A DNA stretch of 24,000 bases from an uncultured delta proteobacterium (GCA_963719015.1 CAVRBA010000028.1:5787-29786); one strand, 5' to 3'; numbered from the stretch's first letter, positions 9,061-18,091 are shown. The notes: a model not told the origin generated them from the letters alone. Numbers and translations: made by a program.

Positions 9061-10443
9061 TCAGCCGGCAACATCGGTCGCCTTGGCCCCTTCATATTTT
9101 TTCAACTTCTTGTGCAGGGTTTTACGGGTGATACCGAGGCGCCGGGCGGCCTCGCTCTTGTTACCCTCAACCATTTCAAGGGTCTTGAGGATGGTTTCCC
9201 GTTCGACCGCCTCCAGCGATTCCGGAATCCCTGCCTCCGCAGCATGACCGGCTACCGCCGGTGGTGGCTGTTCGCCGGGCAGCCGCAGGTCGGGTGCGTC
9301 AAGAAGTTGACCACGGGCCAACACAACCCCTCTTTCGACCGCGTTCATCAATTCTCTCACGTTTCCCGGCCATTCATGCCTCAACACCGCATCCAGCGCC
9401 TGGGGCGTGAAGCCTTCGATCATCTTGCTGTTTTTAGCGGCAAACAATTCAAGGTAATGCTGGGCCAGCAGGGGAATATCGTCCCTTCTGCTGCGCAGCG
9501 GCGGCAAGGTGAGGCCGACCACGTTCAGTCGGTAATAGAGATCCTCCCGAAATTCACCCCGTCGGAGCAGATCTTCCAGGTTTTTATTGGTGGCGCAAAT
9601 CACCCGGACATCCACCGGCAGCGGCACTTCACCACCGACCCGGATCACCTCCCGCTCCTGCAGGACCCGCAGCAGCTTGACCTGCATGGTAACCGACATC
9701 TCGCTGACCTCGTCAAGGAAGAGGCTGCCACCATCGGCCTGTACAAAACAGCCTTCTTTTCGGCGTTCGGCACCGGTGAAAGCGCCTTTCTCATGACCAA
9801 ACAGTTCCGATTCGAGAAGAGTCTCGGTCAACGCGGCACAGTTGATCTTGACAAAGGGGCCGTCCTTTCGATGACTGTTGAAGTGGAGCGCGCCGGCAAT
9901 CAATTCCTTGCCCGTTCCGGATTCGCCTGTAATCAGCACGGTGGCCTCAGACGGTGCAACCTGTGCTACGGATTCCAGCAGCCGGACCATGGATGGGCTC
10001 CTTCCGATGATGTTGCGCCGGTCGAAGTGTTTTCCAATGGTTTCCTTCAACATGCGGTTTTCGGCCTTCAACTGAATGTGTTCGACGGCCCGGCCGATGA
10101 TTAGTTTCAGCTTGTCGAAATCGAGCGGCTTGGTCAGGTAATCGTAAGCGCCTTTCTTCAGAGCCGCCACAGCGGTCTCAACCGATGAGAAGGCGGTCAT
10201 GATGATAACCGGGATGGCCGGATTGTAGGCTTTGATTCTCTCGAGCGCTTCGAGACCGGACACTTTCAGCATCCGCACATCCATGAGAATCAAATCGAAA
10301 TATCTTTCCCGCACACTTTCGACAGCCGACTGGCCGTCATCGGCTTCAAACACCACGTAACCCCATTGACTCAAAAGGGTCTGCAGCATGGTGCGGTGGG
10401 CGACATCGTCATCGACCACAAGGATTGGATTGCCTTCGCTCAT
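9061..10443 (-). CDS. sigma54-dependent response regulator (NtrC/AtoC/ZraR family): REC, AAA+ and Fis-type HTH domains
   Basis: The true start is the internal ATG (MSEGNPILVVDDD) at 10443, not the track start at 10671. It has GESGTGKE Walker A, the ESELFGHEKGAFTGA sigma54-contact motif, and the C-terminal HTH AARRLGITRKTLHKKLKKY. Confidence 0.93.
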   Translation of the reverse strand: MSEGNPILVVDDDVAHRTMLQTLLSQWGYVVFEADDGQSAVESVRERYFDLILMDVRMLKVSGLEALERIKAYNPAIPVIIMTAFSSVETAVAALKKGAYDYLTKPLDFDKLKLIIGRAVEHIQLKAENRMLKETIGKHFDRRNIIGRSPSMVRLLESVAQVAPSEATVLITGESGTGKELIAGALHFNSHRKDGPFVKINCAALTETLLESELFGHEKGAFTGAERRKEGCFVQADGGSLFLDEVSEMSVTMQVKLLRVLQEREVIRVGGEVPLPVDVRVICATNKNLEDLLRRGEFREDLYYRLNVVGLTLPPLRSRRDDIPLLAQHYLELFAAKNSKMIEGFTPQALDAVLRHEWPGNVRELMNAVERGVVLARGQLLDAPDLRLPGEQPPPAVAGHAAEAGIPESLEAVERETILKTLEMVEGNKSEAARRLGITRKTLHKKLKKYEGAKATDVAG

Positions 10444-10454
10444 CGAATGTCTCT

Positions 10455-12213
10455 CTATCCAGTAAGTGGAACCCGGAGGGTGAATGTTGTCCCCTGCCCG
10501 GCAGGACTCGCCACATCGATTCTTCCGCCGTGGGCATCGACGATATTGTGGGCGATCGCCAGACCCAGACCGGTTCCGGTTGACTTGGTGGTATAGTAAG
10601 GGTCGAAAACTTTGGATAAATTCTGTGCGGGGATGCCATGACCGGTGTCGGCAACGCGGATGATGATCCAACGCCCCTCTTCATCCTTATCCGCATCGAC
10701 GGTCAGACGGCCACCGGATTCCATGGCCTCCAGTGCATTCAGAAATAGATTCAACAGGACCTGGTTGATCCGGTCCGTGTCGAGGGAGGCTTCGCGCAGT
10801 CTCTCGGCGGTATGCCATTCGACATGGATTTCCTTCTCATTCGCCTGGGCTTCCACCAGTTTAAGGGCATCTGCGATCAGCTGCGGAACCGACACCTTTT
10901 TCGGAATGATTTTGATCGGCCGGGCAAAATCGAGCAACTGGCCGATCACCCGGTTTAGTCGATCGACCTCCTGAATCATGATCCCGGCGATCTGCTGATC
11001 CTCTGGTTTGTCACGGTGGCGCTCCTTGAAATAAGTGGCAAACCCCTTGATGGAGCTAAGGGGATTGCGAACCTCGTGAGCCACTCCGGCTGCCAAACGC
11101 CCCACGGACGCCAGGCGTTGGTTACGAAGTATTTCTTTGCGAAGCGAGTGGACCTCCCGCAGATCCTTGAGAAGCAGAACAAATCCGAGAAAATGCTTTT
11201 CGCCATCGTGCAAGGGACTGGCGCTGAATGACAGGGGAAGGCGATCTCCACTTTCGAGAAGACAGTCGATTTCTCTCTCGATCACATCGCCGGTCGGTGA
11301 CATCCTTTCGATCTCGCCGAAGTATTTCACCCGGCAATACATCTGCGGCAGCACGTCCAATGACCAGATCCGGTGCAAAACCGAGAATCGACTGCGCCAC
11401 CTGGTTGAACGAGGCGATTTGACGCCGATCATCGAGAGCAATCAACCCGATGGGCATGTTTTCGACCAGATTGTCCGAAAAGGCCTTTATTCGGTCTAAC
11501 GACGCACGGGTGGACCGGTAACCCTGGGTCAAGAAAAGCAGCAGTATGCCGGACACGCACACCAACAGCAAAACGACCGCCATCACGATCGTGTGGCGGG
11601 AATCGGCCAGTTGAGCGGCAAGGATGGCGGAATTGTCGAGCCCCACAAAAATGAACTGCGGTGCCTGGGAATTCCGTTGACCCATCGGAAACGCCGGCAT
11701 CGTGTGCGGTGGTACCCCTTTTCTGCCTGGCATCCGCCCCCAAGGAGGTCCGGAGGGATCAAATCGTCGATACACCTCAAAAGACTCACGCCCGTCAACC
11801 GACTTAACCCGCCGCCATTGTACCGATTGTGTTTGGAATATCTGGTCGAAATCGAGGTCGCGACCATACGTCTGACCGACTTGGGTGAGATCGCTGTGGG
11901 CAAGAATGGCCCCGCGGGCATCGGTAACCATTAGATAAATGATGTCAGGTTGCTGCGCCGTTTCGGATAGCAGGTGCTGGAGTTTGAAACCACCCATCAT
12001 ATGGCCCATCATTCCGGTCCGGGCTCCGGCCTCGAAAGAACGGATCAGCGCTGCGCCTTCTTCTACGAGCAACCGGACGGTGTTTTCCTTTTGCCGGTTT
12101 ATGTTCTCAACAGTCAGAACGGTAAAGACCGGAATCAGTATGAGAACCGTTCCGATGAAGATCCAGACCGGTACACCGGTCCAGAGCCGGTTCATTTTTT
12201 TTGATATTTGCAT
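10455..12213 (-). pseudogene. sensor histidine kinase (TM, periplasmic domain, TM, PAS, HisKA, HATPase) split by a frameshift
   Basis: The N-terminal half is in the frame of ORF 11122..12243 and makes sense up to ...GRAAADVLP. The C-terminal half is in the frame of ORF 10455..11441 and makes sense from ...VKYFGEIERM through HEVRNPL, the N box, DTGHGI and GTGLGL. The frames differ by one nucleotide, with the junction near 11325-11334. Confidence 0.8.
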
Positions 12214-12226
12214 GGATTGTATGCGA

Positions 12227-12242
12227 AGCAAATCCGGTGCCA
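12227..12242 (-). promoter_or_regulatory. sigma54 (-24/-12) promoter upstream of the kinase/regulator operon
   Basis: The minus strand reads TGGCAC-CGGAT-TTGCT, an exact match to the TGGCAC-N5-TTGCW consensus. It ends about 14 nt before ATG 12213. The track's TTG start at 12243 lies inside this element. Confidence 0.6.
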
Positions 12243-12306
12243 ACCACAGAAACCGTGTAAGGGATACCGTTTAGTCCAGAGATTTTATGAGCTCTTCGAG
12301 TGAGCA

Positions 12307-12340
12307 ATCCCGGCCGGTTGTACCCGTCTCCAACCGGGAT
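12307..12340. promoter_or_regulatory. palindromic element, candidate enhancer (UAS) for the sigma54 activator
   Basis: ATCCCGG CCGGTTG - N10 - CAACCGG GAT, with nested inverted repeats. It lies about 65-100 bp upstream of the -24 element, a typical position for bacterial enhancer-binding protein sites. Confidence 0.3.
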
Positions 12341-12612
12341 TCTGATTCTGAATAAAAATAGGGGCGACTGGAGATTTTGGCAACAGAAGGGTGTAACTTT
12401 TTTACCCGTAGCAAAAGGGGATAAGGCCTAAAAATGTATATTTATTACCCATAGTGGTGAGAATGGTCGTTGGAATTTCTGTAACACTTGATGGTACGAT
12501 CGAGTATCCAATTTATAAATCAGAATTCATTTTACTGGGAAGGCCGCAGAATAAAAGCCTGGCCGATAACACCGCCCCGGGGCAAAAGAGTCATTTATGG
12601 ATGGATACTGGC

Positions 12613-13098
12613 CTAATCGAGGAGATTTTTAACTGCCAGGAAGGTCAAAAATAGCGAAGTAACCAGGCCGATGATGCCAAAGACCGTCGGCCGCCGAAAT
12701 ACAAGGGCATCCACGTTCTCGAAGGGGCGATCCAATTTATCCCACAGCGGTTTGGTCACAAACCAGGTGTCCACCCGCTTTTCGATCTGCCGCATTTGCT
12801 CGGGGCTGAACAACAAGATCGATCCAATCAGCATGCCGATCACGCCGGCAATTTTACCGATCAAGGCCATGGAGCTGAAAAGGATCTCATCGATAGTATT
12901 GAATTCTCTGTCAGCGAAAAATACTTTCAGGAAGCCATCAACATCGAGACGATAGAATAAAAACACCAGAATAAACGCCGAGGCGACCATCAGGCAGACC
13001 CCGGAAATGATGTTGTGGCGGTAGATCAGGTTGTCGGTCGGAATATCTCTATCGACGAAGTGCGTTATTTTTGAGTCAATGTCCACCGCGCGGTTCAA
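12613..13098 (-). CDS. multi-pass membrane protein, or the C-terminal 161 codons of a longer one
   Basis: 161-aa ORF with three clear hydrophobic helices. It has only a TTG/GTG start candidate and no SD. It is in frame with the small ORF upstream (see finding). Confidence 0.55.
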   Translation of the reverse strand: MNRAVDIDSKITHFVDRDIPTDNLIYRHNIISGVCLMVASAFILVFLFYRLDVDGFLKVFFADREFNTIDEILFSSMALIGKIAGVIGMLIGSILLFSPEQMRQIEKRVDTWFVTKPLWDKLDRPFENVDALVFRRPTVFGIIGLVTSLFLTFLAVKNLLD

Positions 13099-13113
13099 AA
13101 TCGCGCTGTGTTT

Positions 13114-13230
13114 TTAAAGCCTCAGCGGTGCAAGCAGCAAAAGCAGGGAAAGGAACACACCGATAGCACCGACGACCAGAGTAAAAATCTCGATCGCTTG
13201 AAGGAAAATTTCTCCAAAAAATTTTTCCAT
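13114..13230 (-). CDS. 38-aa single-TM peptide, or the N-terminus of the downstream membrane protein
   Basis: Not in the ORF track. The minus strand reads GGAG-N8-ATG GAA AAA TTT TTT GGA..., giving MEKFFGEIFLQAIEIFTLVVGAIGVFLSLLLLLAPLRL, then TAA at 13116..13114. Confidence 0.4.
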   Translation of the reverse strand: MEKFFGEIFLQAIEIFTLVVGAIGVFLSLLLLLAPLRL

Positions 13231-13478
13231 CCACCAGTCTCCTGAATGTCGTTGATGCCGCTGCGCCTTTTTTCGAGAGCATGACCGGGGCGGTTTCCCG
13301 ATCGGCGAAAAATGGGGATTTAGTGTCAGTTATTATACAGGGGAAGCGGCACGCTCGCAAGGTGTTTCCCCAGCCATCCGGCAGCGCATCGGTCCGGCGG
13401 TGGCAGAAGCGCCTGGTTACTGAATCTCAAACCCAACTGATCGTGCACAAATAAAACGATTCCGTTCGATTTCCCTAC

Positions 13479-13508
13479 TTGACTCTTTTCGGGCCGGTTC
13501 ACTATAAG
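13479..13508 (+). promoter_or_regulatory. candidate sigma70 promoter for the LUD-domain gene
   Basis: TTGACT (13479-13484), 18-nt spacer, TATAAG (13503-13508), about 85 nt upstream of ATG 13595. Confidence 0.35.
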
Positions 13509-13594
13509 GTGTCCATGGGCAATAGTGAATAATCTGCATTCAGACACTCAACATTTGCAACACCACTTAATTTTACCGGCGAAAGGACGGAATT

Positions 13595-14252
13595 ATGAGC
13601 ACCAGCCCCATAGACACTTACTGGAAAATCCGTCTGGGAGCGCTGAAGAAGGCGCTGGAAGCGAACAATTTCGAAGCATACGTGTGTGGTGATGCAGCCG
13701 AGGCAAAAAAGCTGGTCATAGGAACGATCCTATCGGTGGTGAAACCCGCCAGCATATCCTGGGGCGGCTCGATGACCTTCTCTGCCTCCGGTCTCTATGA
13801 CGACCCTCAAGGCCCGACCGGGCATCGAGATCCTCGATACATTCGACAAAACGATACCGGCAGATGAGATGCTGGAGCGCCGGCGTCGGTCTCTGCTGGT
13901 GGATCTCTTTTTCAGCGGCACGAATGCTGTTACCGAAACTGGTCAACTCGTCAATCTCGATATGATCGGAAACCGGATCGGCGGGATAACGTTTGGACCC
14001 AAACATGTCGTGATCCTGGTCGGCCGCAACAAGATCGTCTCCGATCTTGAAGAAGCCCTCTATCGCATCAAAAACTATGCGGCACCGGTCAACGTTATGC
14101 GATTGGGAAAAAATACGCCTTGCCGCAAGACCGCCATATGTGATGAATGCAAGAGCCCCGATCGGATCTGCAACACGTGGACCATCACCGAAAAATCATT
14201 TCCAAAAGGTCGGATCAAGGTGGTTCTGATCAACGAAGAACTGGGGTACTAA
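13595..14252 (+). pseudogene. LUD-domain (lactate utilisation LutC/YkgG-like, DUF162) protein split by a frameshift
   Basis: ORF 13595..13867 gives ...ISWGGSMTFSASGLYD, then nonsense. ORF 13797..14252, shifted by +1, gives LKARPGIEILD...FFSGTNAVTETGQLVNLDMIGNR...FGPKHVVILVGRNKIV...AAPVN..R...TPC...C.DC.SPDRICN. Together they make one normal LUD protein. Confidence 0.8.
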
Positions 14253-14360
14253 ACCTGATTTTTTGAAGCGCATTCGCGCTGGTTGCATGGGCATACATTT
14301 AGCGCGGCTGTAGTCGGGTAACAGCAAGCCCTGTGGACGGCGCCCCTGTCGCCTTTTTGC

Positions 14361-14389
14361 TTGACATGTGCCTCGCCAGACCTTAATCA
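14361..14389 (+). promoter_or_regulatory. candidate sigma70 promoter of the thi operon
   Basis: TTGACA (14361-14366), 17-nt spacer, TAATCA (14384-14389), about 20 nt upstream of the riboswitch P1 helix. Confidence 0.4.
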
Positions 14390-14410
14390 TCTTCAGTGTA
14401 CGCCTTGAAG

Positions 14411-14488
14411 CGTGGGGTGGCCGCATGAAGCGCGGCCTGAGATGATACCCTTCGAACCTGACCTGGGTAATACCAGCGTAGGGAAACG
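14411..14488 (+). promoter_or_regulatory. TPP (THI-box) riboswitch aptamer
   Basis: CGT GGGGTG...CTGAGA TGAT ACCC TTCGA ACCTGA CCTG GGTAATACCAGCGTAGGGAA ACG. It contains the universally conserved CUGAGA, ACCUGA and GCGUAGGGAA blocks, with P1 formed by CGT/ACG. Confidence 0.85.
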
Positions 14489-14523
14489 ACACTACATACC
14501 AATTCTCGGAACTGAACCTGTAT

Positions 14524-14555
14524 GCCGTTTCCCCATGGGAACGGCTCTTTTTTTT
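14524..14555 (+). terminator. riboswitch expression-platform terminator
   Basis: GCCGTT(T)CCC-CAT-GGGAACGGC hairpin (9 bp, one bulge) followed by TCTTTTTTTT, located between the aptamer and thiM. Confidence 0.7.
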
Positions 14556-14664
14556 GGGGGGGAGCATCCCCTTCCCGGTCCATTCAGCCTATACCGGAAC
14601 TGACGGTCAGCAAAAGGTAGTTCTCAATTTAAATATCAACATTAATATAAACAGGAGTCGCACC

Positions 14665-15474
14665 ATGGAGAATTTGCCGGCACAGGCCGCGCGGAACCTG
14701 GCAGAGATCCGGAAGCAGAAGCCGCTGGTCCACAACATCACCAACCTGGTTGTCATGAATTACACGGCCAATGCACTGCTGGCCATGGGGGCTTCGCCCG
14801 TTATGGCTCATGCCATCAGCGAAGTAGAGGAAATGGTCTCCTTTGCCGGGGCGCTGGTATTGAACATTGGCACTCTGACCGAAGACTGGGTCGAATCGAT
14901 GCTCACCGCCGGAAAAAAGGCGACCGCACTGGGCACTCCGATCATTCTCGACCCGGTCGGATCCGGCGCAACCAGCTTGCGGACGGTATCGGCTAAAAAA
15001 ATCCTGTCGCAGGTCGGCGTCGGCGTTCTCCGGGGTAACGCCTCCGAAATTCTTTCCCTGCGGCATGCCGACTCCCGCACAAAAGGCGTCGATTCGATCC
15101 ATGGTGTCGAAGATGCCGCCCAAGCAGCCGAAACGTTGGCGGTCGAATTGGCCACAACTCTCGCGATAACCGGACCTGTCGACCTCGTCACCGACGGTGA
15201 GCGAACGGTTCGGATCGCCAACGGTCATCCGCTAATGGCCAGTGTTACCGGAACAGGCTGCACGGCTACCGCGACGATCGGTGCTTTTTTAGCGGTCGAC
15301 CCGGATCCGCTAAGCGCCGCCGCAACGGCCCTGGCCTACTTTGGGGTGGCCGGAGAAGTAGCGGCAGAGACTGCCGCAGCGCCGGGCAGCTTCATGATCA
15401 AGCTGCTGGATGCCCTCTACACGATTACACCCGAAGATTTGCAGCACTGTTGCCGATTTGTAAACGGGCAATAG
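14665..15474 (+). CDS. thiM: hydroxyethylthiazole kinase ThiM
   Basis: The true start is ATG 14665 (AGGAG 7 nt upstream). The track ORF begins at 14554, inside the terminator. The protein starts MENLPAQAARNLAEIRKQKPLVHNITNLVVMNYTANALLAMGASPVMAH, typical of ThiM. Confidence 0.9.
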   Translation: MENLPAQAARNLAEIRKQKPLVHNITNLVVMNYTANALLAMGASPVMAHAISEVEEMVSFAGALVLNIGTLTEDWVESMLTAGKKATALGTPIILDPVGSGATSLRTVSAKKILSQVGVGVLRGNASEILSLRHADSRTKGVDSIHGVEDAAQAAETLAVELATTLAITGPVDLVTDGERTVRIANGHPLMASVTGTGCTATATIGAFLAVDPDPLSAAATALAYFGVAGEVAAETAAAPGSFMIKLLDALYTITPEDLQHCCRFVNGQ

Positions 15475-15545
15475 TATCATGCCGCCGCTGCCGAGCAGAC
15501 ACGCGAATCAGCCGGGAAATCATTCACTACCGGGACGTTTCCACC

Positions 15546-16196
15546 ATGAAACCGGAAAACATCGATTACAGCCTATATCTGGTGACAGACAGAGGCCTTT
15601 CCCGCGGTCGATCGACCCGCGAGATTGTTGAATCAGCCGTTCGTGGCGGTGTCACTTGCGTGCAACTCAGGGAGAAAACAGCCACCACACGAGAGTTTAT
15701 CCACGAGGTCCAGGGGATAAAGGATCTATTGGCATCCCTGCACATTCCCCTGATCATCAATGATCGGCTGGATGTGGCCCTGGCCGTTGGAGCCGAAGGC
15801 GTTCACCTGGGGCAAAAAGACATGCCCCTTGAGATGGCCAGGACCATTTCAAAAGGACGGATGCTCATCGGTATATCGGTCGAATCCGTCGAAGATGCCA
15901 TAGCGGCGGAAAAGGGCGGGGCGGATTATCTCGGTGTCAGCCCTATCTATAAAACACTAACCAAGACCGACACGGCACCGGCCCTCGGTTTGGAGGGTCT
16001 TGCGGAAATCCGTCGGATCGTGAAGCTCCCGTTGGTCGCCATCGGAGGCTTGAATCGGGACAATACCGCTGCCGTCATCTGCAACGGTGCCGACGGTGTG
16101 GCGGTGGTCTCGGCCCTTGTCGCCGCCGAAGATCCGGAACGGGCAGCTCGACGGCTGATGCACGTCATTCAAAAGGCCAGAAAAAGATGCGTCTGA
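15546..16196 (+). CDS. thiE: thiamine-phosphate synthase ThiE
   Basis: The start is the internal ATG 15546. The protein reads MKPENIDYSLYLVTDR...VQLREK...GVHLGQ.D...GVSPIY.T.TK, with ThiE motifs throughout. Confidence 0.9.
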   Translation: MKPENIDYSLYLVTDRGLSRGRSTREIVESAVRGGVTCVQLREKTATTREFIHEVQGIKDLLASLHIPLIINDRLDVALAVGAEGVHLGQKDMPLEMARTISKGRMLIGISVESVEDAIAAEKGGADYLGVSPIYKTLTKTDTAPALGLEGLAEIRRIVKLPLVAIGGLNRDNTAAVICNGADGVAVVSALVAAEDPERAARRLMHVIQKARKRCV

Positions 16197-17200
16197 AAGA
16201 AATCGGAGAGTTCGGTTTTATTGACCGTATCAGCCGGGGGTGTTTAATCCAGCCGAAAGGGATCGTCAAGGCCATCGGTGACGACGCGGCTGCTTTTCGG
16301 ACCGAGGCCGGCCACCTGACGCTTGTGACCACTGACCTTCTGGTGGAGCGCGTCCACTTTCTACGAGATGCCACCAGTGGCTTCAATCTCGGGTATAAGG
16401 CCCTGGCCGTCAACCTGAGCGACATCGCCGCCATGGGCGGAACAGCCGGTAACGCGTTTGTCAGCATCGCTATCCCGGAAAACTGCACTCTCGCCGAACT
16501 CGAGGACATCTACCGGGGGATGAAATCTCTGGCCGCCCCTTACAAGGTCAATATCCTCGGCGGTGATACCACACGTTCCACCCGCGACCTGATTATCAAC
16601 CTCACTGTAACCGGCACGGTTTTGGAAAGTGAAATCCTTTATCGTGACACCGCCAAGGCCGGAGACGTGATTTTAACGGACGGATTTCTCGGTGATAGCC
16701 GCGCGGGACTCCACCTGCTACTGAACCGGATCAAAGCGGACAAACCCTACCTCGAAGCCCTTCTGAATGCACATCTTCTGCCGCGCCCCCGTCTGCACGA
16801 GGGCCGCTTTCTGGCCCGCCGGCCAGGTGTTCATGCCGCCATAGATGTCAGTGACGGTCTCAGTTCCGACCTCGGTCACATCCTGCGCGAAAGCAAGGTC
16901 GGTGCACGCCTTTTCGGTGATCGGATACCGCTCTCCCCGGCCCTGGAGCAATTCTGCCGTCACCTGGGATTCGATCCCGTCAACCATGCTCTGGCCGGAG
17001 GAGAAGATTACACGCTTCTCGTGACAGTCGATCCAGCTGACGCCGACGCACTTGTCAGGGATTTCGACGAAACTTTTCACCGTCCGCTTTTCCGAATCGG
17101 TGAAATAACCGACACCAAGTCCTTCGAGCTGATTGAAACTGACGGCGAGACGCGAACTATCGCTCCCACAGGTTGGGATCACTTCAAAAAGGAGTCATGA
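16187..17200 (+). CDS. thiL: thiamine-monophosphate kinase ThiL
   Basis: 337-aa ORF overlapping thiE by 10 nt. It has EFGFIDRI...IGDDAA...TTD.LVE.VHF...NLSDIAAMGG and an AIR-synthase-like fold pattern. Confidence 0.88.
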   Translation: MRLKEIGEFGFIDRISRGCLIQPKGIVKAIGDDAAAFRTEAGHLTLVTTDLLVERVHFLRDATSGFNLGYKALAVNLSDIAAMGGTAGNAFVSIAIPENCTLAELEDIYRGMKSLAAPYKVNILGGDTTRSTRDLIINLTVTGTVLESEILYRDTAKAGDVILTDGFLGDSRAGLHLLLNRIKADKPYLEALLNAHLLPRPRLHEGRFLARRPGVHAAIDVSDGLSSDLGHILRESKVGARLFGDRIPLSPALEQFCRHLGFDPVNHALAGGEDYTLLVTVDPADADALVRDFDETFHRPLFRIGEITDTKSFELIETDGETRTIAPTGWDHFKKES

Positions 17201-17203
17201 AAC

Positions 17204-18043
17204 ATGTCAGCGGACAAGAATGGAGCGGCGGTCCACCGCGGTTACACGAGAGTGTTGACTATTGCCGGATCAGACAGTGGCGGCGGGGCTGGGATCCAGG
17301 CCGATCTCAAAACTTTTTCGGCTTTGGGTTGCTATGGAATGTCAGTCATCACGGCATTGACCGCTCAAAATACGATGGGAGTGACGGGTATCCATACGGT
17401 GCCGCCCGCCTTTGCCAACCAACAGATGGCAGCGGTTATCGGCGACATCGGTGTCGATGCCGTTAAAATCGGCATGCTCTATTCTGCTGAATTGATCGAA
17501 TCGGTCGCCGATAGCCTGGTAAAGTACGGTGTGGACACCATCGTTCTCGATCCGGTCATGGTTGCCCAAAGCGGTGACAAATTGTTGCAGGATGAGGCTA
17601 TTGTGGCTCTCAAAAGGACTCTGGTTCCCTTGGCAACGGTGGTAACGCCGAACCTGCCGGAAGCGGAAGTCCTACTGGGGCGCAAAATTGACGGATTAGA
17701 TGGCATGCAGGCGGCTGCCAGAGACTTGGCTAAACTGGGCTGCCGCAGTGTTCTCGTCAAAGGTGGCCACATGCAAACAGCGGATAGCAGCGATGTGTTA
17801 TTTATCGGCAGCGAAAACCGTATCGTGGTCATGCCGGACCGGCGCGTAACGACCCCCAACACCCATGGTACCGGCTGCACATTGTCTTCCGCTATCGCCG
17901 CTCACCTGGCCAAAGGCCTTGATATCGAAGCGGCCGTCCAAAGCGCCAAACAGTATGTTGCCAGTGCGATCCGGGCCGGGGCGGCCTATCGAATCGGACA
18001 AGGCAGCGGACCGGTGCACCACTTTCATGAGTTTTGGGAATAG
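17204..18043 (+). CDS. thiD: hydroxymethylpyrimidine / phosphomethylpyrimidine kinase ThiD
   Basis: 279-aa ORF with VLTIAGSDSGGGAGIQADLKTF, DPVMVA, VVTPNLPEA and HGTGCTLSSAIAA motifs. Confidence 0.92.
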   Translation: MSADKNGAAVHRGYTRVLTIAGSDSGGGAGIQADLKTFSALGCYGMSVITALTAQNTMGVTGIHTVPPAFANQQMAAVIGDIGVDAVKIGMLYSAELIESVADSLVKYGVDTIVLDPVMVAQSGDKLLQDEAIVALKRTLVPLATVVTPNLPEAEVLLGRKIDGLDGMQAAARDLAKLGCRSVLVKGGHMQTADSSDVLFIGSENRIVVMPDRRVTTPNTHGTGCTLSSAIAAHLAKGLDIEAAVQSAKQYVASAIRAGAAYRIGQGSGPVHHFHEFWE

Positions 18044-18091
18044 AACGAGGATTATAGACAATTGAAGGGTCGCCGGGTTTCTCTCTCACAT

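Noticed and set aside
9112-10104. 330-aa plus-strand ORF
   Set aside because: It is antisense to the sigma54 response regulator, which has unambiguous REC, AAA+ and HTH motifs.
10444-10671. 76-codon N-terminal extension of the response-regulator ORF in the track
   Set aside because: The extension overlaps the kinase 3' end out of frame and is Arg/His/Pro-rich. The receiver domain begins at the internal ATG 10443 (MSEGNPILVVDDD).
14554-14664. Upstream extension of the thiM ORF (MGGSIPFPVH...NINININ)
   Set aside because: It starts inside the riboswitch terminator T/G tract and crosses an A/T-rich spacer. The AGGAG-preceded ATG at 14665 is the real start. The T8G7 run at 14548-14562 is read as the terminator U-tract plus a short G-run, not a coding feature.
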